This document shows, one piece after another, positions 24,792 to 38,833 of a DNA stretch of 64,000 nucleotides. Source of the stretch: Sphaerodactylus townsendi (lineage: Eukaryota); contig NC_059434.1 of NCBI RefSeq assembly GCF_021028975.2, positions 30,628,001 to 30,692,000 on the forward strand. Direction: 5' to 3'. Each line of letters begins with the position of its first letter. Position 1 is the first letter of the stretch. The position numbers and the translations under genes are program-made. The notes under the pieces were generated by a model. It had not been told where the DNA came from. It saw only the letters and a list, made by a program, of their open reading frames with translations, and searched no databases.

Positions 24792-25845
24792 TAAACCTTT
24801 CTTCTTTGAAAATAGTTTTTAAACTCTCCTATCTAGTTACTATCTCTTTTCCTTAACCTTCAAGAAAACATTTGGGATGATTTTTGACAGGTCATCAGTG
24901 ATAATTGCAGTGATATCATTGAAGTGATAATGAAATGTCACTTTTTAAACGCACACTTTTTTGTTAACATGATAATGAAATGTCATTTTTTTAACATTTT
25001 GCCCATAGATATTTTGGTAATAAGCAGGCAGGGCACTAGCATGAACCAGCAGTGACATTGTCCTCATAATAGCATGAACGAAGTCCAGCGTGTTCACCTA
25101 TGTAAAACACCTTTCTTGAATCAAAAGATTTTTCATTGCTTCTGGATGAGAAGGTCCAAACGTTCCTTGTGATATTAAATCCTGGTAGGTGACTCTGGGT
25201 AACAGCTGCAAGGTTTCATCATGTCTATACCCAGTACACTCACTGCTGTTTTAAAGGCTTAGAATTTACTGTGCTATCACATACATACTTAGTATGGGAG
25301 TATTATTGCAGTGTTGAACTGCCACACTGCATATAACATGAACATTTCCACTGATTTCCTTGCCTCCCTCTGTTACCTCAAATTCTACTTTTGGGTAATA
25401 TGTAAGCCAGTGAAAATCACCTCGCTCTTCTGTCTTCAGAAATTCTCTGGGGGATCCAATGTAATGTGAACATTATGAAGGGATGCTTTAGTATTGGAAC
25501 TGCTTATTTCTAGGAGAGGAATACCACATATGCCACATTTTAATAATGCACACAGCACTTTCAACCACCACCTCTAATAATTCTACTACTGTCACAAAGT
25601 ATCCCCCCCCCCCCCAGCTTGCCCTTTCCAAGATTACTTCAGTCAGACCAACTTTTGGGGGGTCCAAAGGTTGAAGTTCAGGATTGTACTTTGCTACTAA
25701 TATTGCCCTATTCTGTACATTACAGAATGTTCTTGAATGCAGTGCAGAATCTGGCAAAAAACAAAAATCATCTGACATGGGTAGTATCAGATTGAGTAGT
25801 AGTAGATGACGTCTCTCTGAGGCCTTCACAGTTCTTTGGTTTCTT

Positions 25846-26006
25846 TCATAAGAACATAAGAAAAAGCCTGCTGCATCCAACCAGAGTCCATCTAGTCCAG
25901 CACTCTGCTACTCACAGTGGCCCACCAGGTGCCTTTGGGAGCTCACATGCAGGAGGTGAAAGCAATGGCCTTCTGCTGCTGCTGCTCCTGAGCACCTGGT
26001 CTGCTA
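25846..26006 (-). mobile_element. CR1 LINE 3' end
   Basis: CATAAGAACATAAG tail and body inverse to 3576-3818. Confidence 0.8.
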
Positions 26007-26019
26007 CTACATACTTTCT

Positions 26020-26228
26020 AGCCATGCCCTGACCTGGCTAGCCCAATCTTGTCAGATCTCAGAAGCTGACCAGGGTTTACCCAGGTTAATAATTACACGG
26101 GAGACCAAAAAAGAATACCAAGATCTGTAGAGGAAGACAATGGCAAACCACCTCTGTTAGTCTCTTGCTTTGAAAACCCTAAAGGGTCGCCTTAAGTCAG
26201 CTGTGATTTGATGGCACTTGACACACAG
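26020..26228 (+). mobile_element. 5S rRNA-derived SINE with RTE/Sauria-type tail; other copies at about 32938-33120 (+), 26440-26605 (-) and 54255-54400 (-)
   Basis: GCCCAATCTTGTCAGATCTCAGAAGCTGACCAGGGT...GGGAGACC...GAATACC aligns to the 5S internal control region, followed by the GGCAAACCACCTCTG...GAAAACCCT tail. Confidence 0.75.
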
Positions 26229-26990
26229 TCATGCCCCCCATGCCTATTTATAAGACTTTACCTTATCCTCAACAGTCAATAATTGAATTGTTTAAACTGA
26301 AATACAAGCACGCAGTGAATCCAGCTTCTCAGGTAACAAGAAGAAGGTGTCTAGTTTTGACTATCAGTTGTACAAGTATGGATTACGGTCAGAAAGGTCA
26401 CAGCCTATTTTTTTGTAAAACCAGTATGGAGGTAGTAGTAAAAAGTGCCATCAAAGAACAGCCGACCTCTGGCAACTCTGTAGCATTTTGTAGGACAAGA
26501 GACATTCAGAGGTGGTTTGCCACTGCCTGCCTCGGTGTAACAAACCTTGGCTTGCTTGGTGGTCTTATGAGATCTGATCAGAGAGCCAGCCCGATCTATC
26601 CAGATATGAAGACAATATGTTCATGCATGAAAATAGCTGGATAAAAACAGGAAGATGTAGTCTTAGCCCTATGGAAAGGAACAGCAGTTTTCTGTCACAG
26701 TCTCTCCTTAGAACTTCCCTGTACACCAAGGTCAAGGGGAAGAAGCTGTAGTTCCTTCCTATACTCAGTGCGTAGCAGCACAGAGAAATCCTGCTCATCA
26801 ACAAATGGTACCCTCTGCCTTAACTCCTAACATAGATAATGGAATTCTCATGAAGACAGCCTTTGAGGCATCTGTGCAGCTCATTAACTCATCTACTGGG
26901 GGGAAAGGCTCTTACGCTACGATCCAGTGACTTTGTTCAGGATTGCGTTCCACAGCATACTACCTTTTCTGTTCCTGCTTATCTGTAATA

Positions 26991-27525
26991 CGTATTTATT
27001 GATTGATTGATTGACTGATTGATTGATTGATTGATTGTTTGTTTAATCTTATATACCGCCCTATCCCCGAAGGGCTCTGGGCGGTGTACAACAAAGTCAA
27101 ATCCTAATACAGCTAAACACAAACAAGATTAAACAATTAAACATCTATACAATAAATTACTAATCCCTTTTTAAAAACAATGGTTAAAATCAAGTTCAAG
27201 TGTCAAGTTTCAGAAATTTAAAGGCACCCCACAAACCCACTGTTAAAAAACCCTCCCCAGCGGGAAGACTGCTAGCTCCGTCAGTAAGGTGTAAAATATA
27301 GGCAGAGACGAGAACAGAAGGGGGGCACCATTCAACGGCTGGTTATTCCAAAGGCCCGGTGGAACAACTCAGTCTTACAGGCCCTGCGGAATTCACCAAG
27401 GTCCCGCAGGGCCCGGACAGCTGGAGGAAGAGTGTTCCACGGGGCCGGGGCCGTAAAAGCCCTGGTCCACATGGAGGCCAGCAGTATCATCGAGGGGCCG
27501 GGGACTACCAGCAAATTGGCCTCTA
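26991..27525 (-). mobile_element. 5'-truncated L2 LINE with (AATC)n tail
   Basis: Minus-strand translation RAFTAPAPWNTLPPAVRALRDLGEFRRACKTELFHRAF is a typical L2 ORF2 C-terminus; (GATT)n at 27001-27037. Confidence 0.8.
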
Positions 27526-28792
27526 ATAAAGGACAAGCTTCTCTTACACCATCACTTTTTAACTGGCAGCTTATTTCGGTATGACGCGGTCCTAACAACT
27601 TTTTCCAAAATTTCCAATTTATTAGAATGTGGCAGGATTGCTGAAACCCGAAGGCAGTGGGAAGAGGAGGCGCATTACAAAGAGGCATGGCCCAGCCACA
27701 TCCAGCAGCGTTACAGCACTGTTTCAGTCAGCTGCACCACATCTGTCATCAGGGAATCGAGTCTTCACACTGCCGTCCAGATGAAATTTGGCACTCTCTG
27801 CTCAGCAACTTAGAGCTTTGCAAGTTGCACACACAAGTTTTATACACAAAGCCTCTCCCTGCCGATAAAATAAAGGCTAAATATATTTCTGATCTCTCTG
27901 CTCAATAAAACATAGCAAAGAGCAGAGCTATCGGAAAAGGAAGAACAACAAAACTGGGGAAAGTGCCTGAGACTTGGATGGGGAAAACTCAAATCTCTAT
28001 TAATATGTACGGCATCGCCTTATGATCCCCTTCCCTCGTTTGTCTTTTTTGGAAGAGTGGAACAGTTTGGAAAGTTATTTATATACTATTGCATTCTGAC
28101 AAGTATGGTATCCACCTGAGTTTTGTTATCAGTCATAACTGTTGTTCAATGAGGGAAGTTAGGGATAAAATGCATTTCTAACAAAATGCACAACTTTAAT
28201 GAATGAAAATATAAAACCAGACTTTGTTTTTTTAAAAATCTGAATATTTAAGAGTTTAAGAATAGGACTTTATTTGTTGTGCAATGTTTTCACACATTAA
28301 TACTGTTCAGAACATTTACAATTGCAAGAGGAAAAAAATCCAGTGAAATGCTTGCCTCTACATAAATTTTGTATCTATCAACCAGAAGCAGATACTAAAT
28401 CCTTGGAAGAAACATTCAACTTCAGTTTGGATGATAAATAGTTTTTAAAAACCTAGACATTAATTACACAGCAAACAATATGTGTTTATTGTTCCTAACA
28501 ACTATATATAGAATTTTTCCAGTGCATACTTAACATGTAAACATGTACCTAACAGCCTAAATACAATTTGCATTAAAATATCTTCCATGTTTCATAAACA
28601 TTGGTAAATATATTATCAATCTTCTTGTTTATATATTGAAATATAGTCACAAGTGGGATACAGTTGTGGCAAGGGGCTGCAGTATCTGACATAATTCCCT
28701 CAGCCACATAAGTTTTATTTATTTCAGGAGCTCCCTGAGTTGTTCAAATGCTACAGACTCCAGAAAAGATCATTCACCTTGTTTTTGTACGG

Positions 28793-31700
28793 TTAATACT
28801 GCATCAGCTGTGGATCCTTATAATTTGTTACATTTAATGATCTGAAATGAAAAGAAAATGTGAGAGTTACTTGAAGCATGGCTTACTGTCTCTTCTGAGA
28901 AAATCCACAGACAAGTCTGCATTTCATCCCCACTTTCCCTAAGTACATTACTTCTGGCCAAGCAATTTCCAGAGGCTTATGTGGTATTTAGTAACACTGC
29001 TCCCAGAACTATCCTTCAAATTTTGATTAAAAACTATTAATGGCCCAATTGAAAGAGGGGAGGGGAGACAGTGGTGGAGCTGGCAGGGTCCTACATTGGC
29101 AGATCCCCCCCCCCGCCCGGAGGCACTTACCCCAGTGTAGGGGCAAATTTGCAGGTGGGCAGCTGCCATAGCCTCCTGGGATGTCCTAATGTGGTACGCA
29201 GCACTGCACAGCACCCCTGCCACTATAGTAGGAATGTTCCAGAAACATGGCCGGAGGTGGCGCCCGGGGCATGGGTTTACACCACCCAAGCTGATAGAGC
29301 CCAATGGAGGCCTTTTTCAGCAGCAGAGAGGCTTTGTTTCTTGCCTCCCCGCACCACTGAAAGGCCCTCTGGAGGCAGCAGGACAGCATTGCAGCAGGGC
29401 TGTTCCTGGCCGCCCAGGGCTCTGGATTGGACTGTAAGTGAATAGGGAGCATTGCATGGCTTTTAGGATCAGTACAGTGCATCCGTTTTGCTTGCAGAAG
29501 GTCCCCAGGTTTAATCCCCAGCTGAAAAGACCAGAGTGCATGGTGAGCCACCACCAGTCTGAGCAAATAGTGTTGACCTCAAGAGACAAATGGTATCATT
29601 TGGAATAAAGCAGCTTCATGTATAATATAGTGCTTTTTACATAAGTGAAATCCTGCCAAGATCCCATAACATACTATATCCTCCTGGCCTTGCCCAGCAT
29701 CTTAAGCCACAGCTAGACAAAACATTTCTTTTTTCAAATTTACTTGAAGGAAATTCCATTTCTGCCCAATGCCAGCCATGCCTTCTGGAGGAACACACTT
29801 TCCTCAATCAGGAAAACTTCAGAAGTTTTTCCCTTCCCTCTACCTCCATCCCAACCATTAAAGGTCGTCATCACATTACTAAGTGTACCAGAGGAAGACT
29901 TTTTATTATCAAGGAGCAAGGAAGTCGTTGGAAGACAGGACCATTTGGAGAAGCAGGTTTGACAAACTCCCAACCGTTGCTGAATCATTTAGCCAATCTG
30001 TATGGCCCCTTCCACACATGCAGAATAATGCGCTTTCAATCCACTTCCACAATTGTTTAAAAGTGGGTTTTGCTACTCCGCACAGTAAAATCCAGCTTCA
30101 AAGTGCATTGAAAGTGGATTGAAAGTGCATTATTCTGCATGTGCAGAAGGGGCCTATGCTACAGATACTGTATTAAAGCTGTGTTAAATGCTACTGTGTG
30201 GTGTTAAGCCATTGAGATGCAATTTTCCCACTGCTTTGTAAACCTTCCGGGTGTTTGCACTGGCATAGAGAAACGCAACATGGAATGCCTCTCTATCCAG
30301 CTATGAACTAGCTTGGTCTGCGATAGTCATCCCCAGATGAAGAAGCCTAGAATAGCTTTAAGACTGTAGCTGCAACCAGCCATGAAGTGTGAAGCCTAAC
30401 AGGTAATAAAATAAGCCTCCCCACCTCTCTACTTTTGTATTCAGAAAAAAACAGGACACCGCCAGCATGAATGGGGGGGCTGAGTTTTGCTTGGCAGAAC
30501 ACAAGTTTGTGGGTCTGGTGAACAGTAATACTTGCTCTGCTCAAGCTAAAAAGCAAGCTTTATTATGAATAACTGAGGTTTTATCTGGGTCAGGAAGAAC
30601 CATATTTTCAACGCAAGAGCTAAACCGTGCAATGATTCCAGAATATCCTGAAAGCTAAATAGAGAATATCCTGAAAGCTAATTAGAGTATATTTTCTTCA
30701 TCGTGGCACAAGCAAGAAAGAGCCTCCACCCACTGGGATTCCAGGATTGGAGTCCTTGGAAATTTAGCCCTATAAGAACATAAGAAGAACATAAGAAAGA
30801 AAAAGTAATACTTACTTTTCAACATTGGCAGCCATTATGCTTCTTATTGGTCTGGACCTTGTTGAAGAAGCACAATTAAATATTCGTCCTTGTTTATTGG
30901 TTGTGATAGGCTTTGGCAGCTTCACTACGAATGGTCCCGAGGAATGGGTTGGATAAGGGTCAAATGTGCCTGCTTTCATGCCACCAGGCTGGAAGGTCAA
31001 AGAAATGTCAACAATTAGAGGGCACTAGATAAAAAAAACCCTTAGTTAATTCGAAGACATTCAACAGTTCAAAACAGAAGTTCAAAAATACTATTTTACA
31101 TTTAACTCCAGTTCTCGTGAGGATGGCATGGATGCTTAAAAATGACCCTCCTTGGATCTGGAGATACTTATGAAAAAGGCAGGGATATAAATATTAAGTA
31201 TGGAGGGACAGAATACTATAAACAAACAAGGGTCAAGCAAAGATCTCCCAGCACCAACTTCTAGAACCAATCAATTTTACCCAACACAGATTGGAGCTAA
31301 ACTTCTGCCAGACACTTGAGCATCTCTCCAGCTCTGGCAGTAGCTGAGGGGGCAAGGAGGAGGGTGGCAAGGAGCAGCCTATGGGCCCAGCTGGCTGGCA
31401 AGTTAAGTGAAGTGTGAGTGGAGTCCTTCTGGAGCTTCCGTGGGCACCTGGCACCAACAGTGGGAAGCAGAGACTTCCCCAAGTCTCGGGCTCACGACTC
31501 AGCACAACAGCTCCCGGGGAAATGACAGGGTCCCATGCCATGGACCCGCCCAGTCACAGGAAGGAAGCAAGCCCCATCCCTGCCACGCCATGGGGGAGCC
31601 ACATCATGAGAGGGCGCCAGCAGCCATACCGTGGGGTGGGGGCGCTATATCACTTCTTGCTTCGGGTGCTATTTACTGTAGGTGGTGTAGTGTGGTGTAG

Positions 31701-34700
31701 TGGTTAGAGTATCCCCACTGCAGCGAGGAAGCACAGTAGGTGACCTTGGTCCAGGAACCTTCCTCATATGGTTGTTGTGAGGATAAAATGCAGTGAATTG
31801 TTTTGAGTTCCCATCAGAACGCTGCTTTGATGGGAAAACTTAGATATCAAATGAAGCTGCCTAAAGGTTTAACCAAGTGGATTATTTCATTGCAAAATAG
31901 TATCCCTTTATTTCTTTCGTGAATTGAGATTCTCCTTATTTCAAACCTCCTTCGTACTTATTTATTATCACTCCGGACAGATAACGTTACTACTCTGCTT
32001 GTAACCGAAATAATTATTTTGAATAATAATATTTTCCTATTTACATTTTTGAACAGGCAATTCATACTCATTTATAGTTATTCTTTACCTACTGACCATT
32101 TGTCTTAGTTATTACATATTGTGAATTTTTCCTATTTCCCTGAATATACTGAAAAAATACATGCCTTGCCATACCATTTTTAGCTCGAGCTAAATGGAAA
32201 AAATGCAATGTTAAAAACCTGAGTTGTTAAAAAATGTTTAGCTTTCTAAAGGAGAAATAAATATTTCTTTGGAATTTTTGGAAGACAGTCTTACGTCTTT
32301 CCCTGGAGAACTTGGTTTGAAGGCAATTCGAATTGGTACTTGTGGGGCTTGTTTCTTTGGTGGGGGTACTGGTCCTTCGTCGTAGTAAGGATTCATGTCA
32401 AAATACTCTCGGGAATAAAGGTTCAATTTGAAAGGCCCACCTTTCATTAGTCGGTGATGTTCTTCAGATGTTTTCTATGAAAGTCAAAATTGGAAGAGAT
32501 TACCCTGAACACATTAAATTCAGATTAATTTTATTGGGGAAATAATCAGAAAAGAGGTTAGATTTGATATTAAATGCTAAGAAGTGGGTGTATGTACCAA
32601 ATCATTAATGCAAAACATGGTTTATGCATATCCCAAGGAAAGAGATGCAGAAAGCAAGTAACAGGATAGTCTTTCCTAATTAAATAATCACTATTTATGA
32701 AGAGTTCACTATATCCAGGAGGTGAGGAAGAGAACTTGTAGTCACTATATTCGCAGTACCATAGGCCCCTTCCACACATGCAGAATAATGCACATTCAAT
32801 CCACTTTCACAATTGTTTGAAAGTGGATTTTGCTATTCTGCACAGAAAAATCCAGCTTCAAAATGCATTGAAAGTGGATTGAAGGTATCAACCCAAACTG
32901 ATGGATGACTGTACTAGAAATGCACTACTCTCAAACATCCCTGACCTGGGTAACCCAGGCTAAGCTGATCTCATCAGATCTCAAAAACTATGAAGGGTCA
33001 ACCTGGCATGTACTTGGATCTAGGAGATCTCCAAAGAGCACCAGGTTCATGATTTGGAGGCAGGTGGTGGCAAACTACCTCTGAATATTTCCTGCCTTGA
33101 AATCCCCATTAGGGCCCAACAGGTCAGAAATTATTTAACAGGTCAGAAATTATTTAAGAAAGAAACCCTCTGAAACATATAAGGGTGAGGCCACATTTCT
33201 ATGTCACATAGTTCATGTAAAATTGAGGTTACAACTTTAGATGCATGCACTCGTACACTCACACACTCGTTCCTGCTCTCCAGGACATCTTATAGTACTT
33301 TTAAAACTTAAATGGAAGTCTCAAAATGGAAAGGACTAGAGGACTGGCTCCCCTAACACGTCGCAAGCACGAAATAGTTGTTCATTACTGTTTTGTAAAT
33401 ACTACTAGTTAAATCACTATTATATAGTTGAATACATCCATTCAAACAATTTCCATCTGTGGTTCTGCAAATATATCCAAACATCTGAGTAAAATCCTAT
33501 TTCATTAATAATCAAAGATTTTGTGCACAACTGTGCAGGTATATTGTCAGGTAAGATCTAACAGTCTGAAAGTGGGGAGTAAATTGTCTACGAGCTGGTA
33601 ATCATTGAATGGAAATCATCCAATAGAATTTTACCTTAAAGGATACTCTTCCAATGTCATATAATTCAACTGAGTGTGAGTACTGTTTACCTATTGTGAC
33701 ATTTGGATACCTGGGTAGAGAAAATGAAACAGTGTTTGATGCCAACATTCAACAATGTTCAAGTATAAGAAATGGATCACAAATTGCAACTTAGTAGTTG
33801 TGATGGTTTACCCAAAGCCAGTTCCTTTCTTCCCTGGATTGGTGTATAGATTCTTCCCAGGTGGCACATAGGCACTTTTATCTCTTCTTTGAGAGCTAAA
33901 GAAGGGGACCGGACCACCGATGGTTCCATAATAGGTTCCTATACCGCAACTGAGAGATAAAACATTATTGCTTTTCTGCATGTGCTATCAGCTATACTGA
34001 TATAAGCTGCTTGTCTGCTTATGTAAAAATCAAGGACAGCTGAAATGATCAGCATTAGGATAAACAAAAGTGCATGGATTTCTGATTACATTTCCACCAT
34101 TGTTTTAGTCGATATTTTAGGGACATTTTCTTAATAATACAAGAGTAAACAGATGCACAAGCCCAGAGATCTGTCCTTCATCGGTCAGAGAATAGAGACT
34201 GAATTATTCTAGGGAAGATCAAAGCTACAGATATCCCAATCTCATTGCTTCATCTTGCTCCCCCCCCCCTTTTTTTTTACTCACACCCTGAGCTCCCACC
34301 TGGGCGGTCTTAACACATGCTAGGCAGTTGCCCAGGATCCTCACATGCATAGGTGTCAGGCCTGCGCCATTCTTGGCCTGGCAGCACATCCGCTCCAAGG
34401 CCACAGATGGCTGTTCCCATTATCATTGCCCCAGGCTAAGGGACCTCCCCTGCTTGTGCAAAACTAGTCAATAGAGCTTCCCGTTCATTCTTATCTGCCT
34501 TCTTCGAGGGAGTGAACTATCTGTCCTAAACAATGCCACTATTCTCACCGTCCTTTCAAATGTTGATATTATGGGAATGCGAGGGGGGGGGGGATGATGG
34601 GCTGAACCCTTCTGTAACTTACAGGTATATATCAAGGTCAGAGAGCCAAACTTTAGTTTTGGCTATCTGAGCCTGGGAATGACACGGTTCCAAAAAGCTC

Positions 34701-37700
34701 TTGAAACCTTCTTGAGTCTCATTTGAGGATCGGCGTAACAGACCCTTACAATAGGGACCCCATGCTAATCTATGTATGTTGTTAACTTGCTGTCAATAAA
34801 TAAATAGATACTATACTAAACTATAAATATTAGTTATAGGAAAATACATATTTAGTATGTGTTTTACTAAAGATAATGAACAATATCACGTCCATTTTCA
34901 AGATTTATAAAAAATGGTGAAAGCAGCACATTTGCATCTTAAAATTCCTAAGAATATATTTTGTTGGGTTTTTTTCATCAACAAGTGTCTGGTGACACTG
35001 TTCTACTATCCTTCTCTGTCTGCTCTTTCTTATAAAATCCTTAAGATGCAACAAAATCAAGATTCAACCATAAGAAATTCAGCCACAGAAAAGTAGCACT
35101 GTATTTCTTGTTATCTGAATCTCCTCATAGATGGGGTATGTGTGACTGTGTTCTAGAACTAGCAACCAGCAAAAAAACAACAACAACAACCCAGAAATGA
35201 ATTGTTTACATAGTAACTTATTCTCGGGTTGAAGAAATACCTGATTGCAGAAAGTTTTCTTTTGACTGTCTGAACTGCAAGACCTACTTTGCTTGCAGGA
35301 CCACTCCCTCACCGGTGTTCTCATCAAAAGACTCTGCCTGTGATTCAAAGCCCTATGCATGAGACCTTTCTGAGAAAGAAATCATTCATGCATCCACGGA
35401 TGTTTTACATTTAGAGTGGCTGAGCATCTCCCTCTAACAGAAGTCAATTCTTTGCAGCTGAGTATGGGGGGTGTCAGTGGCTAGGGGAGCAGAGGCTTTC
35501 TATAAAGATTGGGAATGAATAAAACGTAATTCAGCAGGGATTTGTAAAAACCTTTGTCAGCTTTTATGGCAACATTAGTAACAAAAACAACTTTCATTCC
35601 TTTTCCCCAGAACTTACGGCAGTTTCTCTCCATTACAAGGAAGAAAAGGTTTACTCAAGTTTTTCTTGGATTCTGCCATTCGATATCTTCTCCGTAGCTG
35701 GACGGGGTTTGAATAAGCTTCACCTTCAAAAATTCTTCCAAACACAGGGTCAAAGTAACCTGCCTGGACAGCGGCTTTCTCTTTGCTACCCCCGGGCAGC
35801 ATTTGCTTGTTCTTGCTTGCAGCTTCATTAAAAGCGCCTTGAAAATGAGCAGGTGATGAGCACTACCAGCCCAAATGAGCACTACCAGCCCAAAAGTCCG
35901 CCTGGCTTTTGCTTATCATTACAAATTTGTGTCTCCCTTTCTCCCTTTTTTGCTTTAAGACACTAACCCCATGCTGATGATTTAAAAATACGTCCTGCAT
36001 CTGCCCGGCTGTTGGGAAGGCCACAAAGAAAAGGCAGATGGAAAAAATATACTAATTTACTTTTTTGCCAAAGCAGCCACATCACTGGAATGGAAAAGTT
36101 TTTCAAGGCCTTTGATCCACTTCTCCTTGGGGTATCCAGAAGTTGCAGGTAGCCATGTTAGCCCAAAGTAAAATCCCTGAATAAAGCTATATTGTTTTAT
36201 GAGGACCAATCAAAATAACCCAAAACAATGTGCAGGCTTTCAGGTTCTCTAGAAAATCTTGCACACTGTTTTGTGTCATTTTGAATGGTCTAGTAAAAGG
36301 TATTACATGGCCTCTGCTGTTGGAGCTTCCTTTCAGGATTTCCAAGAAACAGATGCCAGGAACAGTCTTTACAGCATCAGAAGCGCTTTACCACCACTCC
36401 AGAAATTCCATAGCTTGAAAGTCCTTGAATCTAAAATCCAGAAAATGGTACAACAAATTTGCTTGATGGGACACAAAGCACATAAGCAGTCAAATTTGAA
36501 CCTTTTCCCATGATCACCATCAGCAGCATTACATGATAAAAGTGGGATGTGTGTGAAAAATTAATAAGCTATGGAAATTACCAGCACCAGTATGTGCAAA
36601 TGTGGAGTGTCACACATGTTTACTAGGCAGACTTTGTTTACAGGGTGGTTTGCCATTGCTTTCTCCAGTCATCTACATTGACAAACAGTGTTGAGATCAT
36701 ACAGTAGGGTCACAGAATTTGAGAGATGAGTCTGAAGGGACACAAAATGTTTCCCAAGCACAGAGTCTGAAGAAGAGCCTTAACTAGAGGCATGTGGATC
36801 AAAATGGACTTGGGAGGAATGGCTGGTGAGATGGTGCAGTAGGTAAAGTATCTACTAAGAGAACCTGGGTTCAGTTGAAGGCTACTGCTGTTTTATGCAA
36901 GACTCGGGAAGCAATGACTTATGCTGGAATTGCCTTACACCTAGTAACTTTTGCAAGAAAAACCACCAAAGGGATTGGTTTATCCAAACTGCAGGAAGCA
37001 CGACAATAGTGCAGAGTGACAGTGGTATCTTTCACACAGCAAACGATATAAGCCCATTTTGCCAGCCAATCACAATGCCATAATAAAGAATCAGGCTCAC
37101 AGGTTGTATCAGTATAGCTGGCCTCTTGTAATGGCATACTGAGTTAAACCTAGCCCCATTCTCCCTGTGGGGTGATTCCACATCTCCCAGTCTTCTATGC
37201 CACAGAATGGTTTGCCTGCAGTTCTCTGGTGCATCAGGAAACAAGGGCCACAGAAAGCACTGTCCTGTTTCTGGAGCAACACAGCATTCTCATAATGCTG
37301 CATTATCCTATCAGGTTCCATGCTCAATTTTGCCCACCTCCCCTTCTCACTGCGACTCTTGCTCTGCATGGCTTTTGCTCAAGTGAGTTCCATCATCATC
37401 TGTCATAGACGTCCCTTTTGGGGAGAGCTAATAACTCTCAGCTTAGGGCAACTATGTATTGGCAGCTGCCCAGTTACAAGACTCCAGTGTAGCCTGTTGG
37501 GGGTCAAAATGAACGCCTTGCCCCTCAGTTTACAAGTAAGATCTAACTCATCTGCAAAACTTTACAAGTTAATATACTGACCTTGATTCTGCATGTTAAT
37601 TTGCCAGTGAAGGATCAAATGTGAAGCAATCTTCTAAAAAATCACCCAGTTTACAAATGGGGTAATTTGGAATATGATTGCTTGGTGTTTAAAATATTCT

Positions 37701-37906
37701 TACCGTTTGCTGCATGTGGTTTCAAAGAACTTAATTTTCAAGAAACAAACAAAAATATTACAACAGGTCTACTACACAGTGGTGAAAATATCAGAGGAAA
37801 TATACGTACGGGCAAAGGACGAGGCATACTTATCCCCAATTGTAATATATTCCATTTCACTAAAGAGGCCAATCCTCTCCATATCTGTTTTCCCTTCTGA
37901 AGGCAT
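28793..37906 (-). CDS. CFAP96: Cilia- and flagella-associated protein 96 (C4orf47, UPF0602), complete CDS, 310 aa
   Basis: Coding exons 37906-37810 (MPSEGKTDMERIGLFSEMEYITIGDKY), 35837-35618, 33949-33812 (CGIGTYYGTIGGPVPFFS...NLYTNPGKKGTG), 33710-33635, 32474-32295, 30988-30816 (PGGMKAGTFDPYP), 28841-28793. Total 933 nt, all GT-AG and in phase. Acceptor opens the exon at 37963; probable non-coding exon 1 ends at 39514 (GTGAGT donor). Confidence 0.96.
30004..30154. mobile_element. Palindromic PIF/Harbinger-type MITE; copies at 55600-55740, about 955-1072 and 32764-32885
   Basis: GGCCCCTTCC...GAAGGGGCC TIRs; 3-bp TSD TAT here and AAG at the 55600 copy. Confidence 0.85.
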
Positions 37907-38670
37907 GGCTGATTCTTTGCGGTAATCTAGTACTCTAGCAAATGAGCAGAAGTGTTATGATCCCTAGAAGAAGGAGTAGAATAAAAACAAACACAGGTTT
38001 AAGTCTTCAACCTATTTAATCCCAAACAGTAATATGATTACTCTAAAACGAGCCATTTAACCAGGATAGCTGAAGTCTGTATCAAAATGTTACTTAAGCC
38101 TGTGGCACTCACTCCACAGATTGGGAGAGCCACATGGGGATTTCTTGCCAACCAAGAGAGCCACATTGCCACTGCATGCTCTGTGTACAACACACACACA
38201 ACCAATATATGGCTATTATTTAAACCTTTCTAACTATCAGTTTAATATTTATATTAATTTTTATATTCGGCTTTTTTTGCTTATTCAGGAAGTTATGATT
38301 CCCACAAATATAAAAAAGTGTGTAATCACAAACCACACACATTCAAGGCAATAAAACAGTGGTCACCACAATCTGAATGGAGTATTATCGGTTTTGTGGA
38401 GCAAATATAAATATTTTAAATAATAAATGGATACATTTAGGCATGCTTGGATTTCAGCTGCAAATGAAGCCTGACTATAATCTCAATCACAACTAAATAA
38501 AAACCCTAGACTTCCACTATTAAAATGCTATTTCAAATATAGTCATGAACAAATAAATTAAACCGTGGCTGTGTGGAATAGCCCTACTGATGATAGTTAC
38601 TTATTTAGTGCACATTCATACCATTCTTCCTCCAAGGAGATCAGAGTGTACATTGGATTGTCAAAGACAA

Positions 38671-38833
38671 TTGTATTGTACAGCAGTATTATATAATACA
38701 ATAATACAATTGTATTGCCTATTGTATTGTATTGCCTATTGTATTGTCGAAGATGCCAGCCACAGATGCAGGCGAAACATTCGGAACAAGATCCACCAGA
38801 CTACGGCCACACAGCCTGGAAAACCCACCACAA
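38671..38833 (+). mobile_element. Penelope-like element remnant preceded by a (TATTG)n repeat
   Basis: GAAGATGCCAGCCACAGATGCAGGCGAAAC...GGCCACACAGCCTGGAAAACCCAC resembles squamate Penelope terminal repeats as recalled. Confidence 0.6.

Noticed and set aside
26020-26120. 5S rRNA gene
   Set aside because: Too diverged and fused to a SINE tail; it is a 5S-derived SINE.
28948-29589. Several overlapping ORFs in the last CFAP96 intron
   Set aside because: They coincide with a GC-rich repeat and SINE-like sequence; no recognisable protein.
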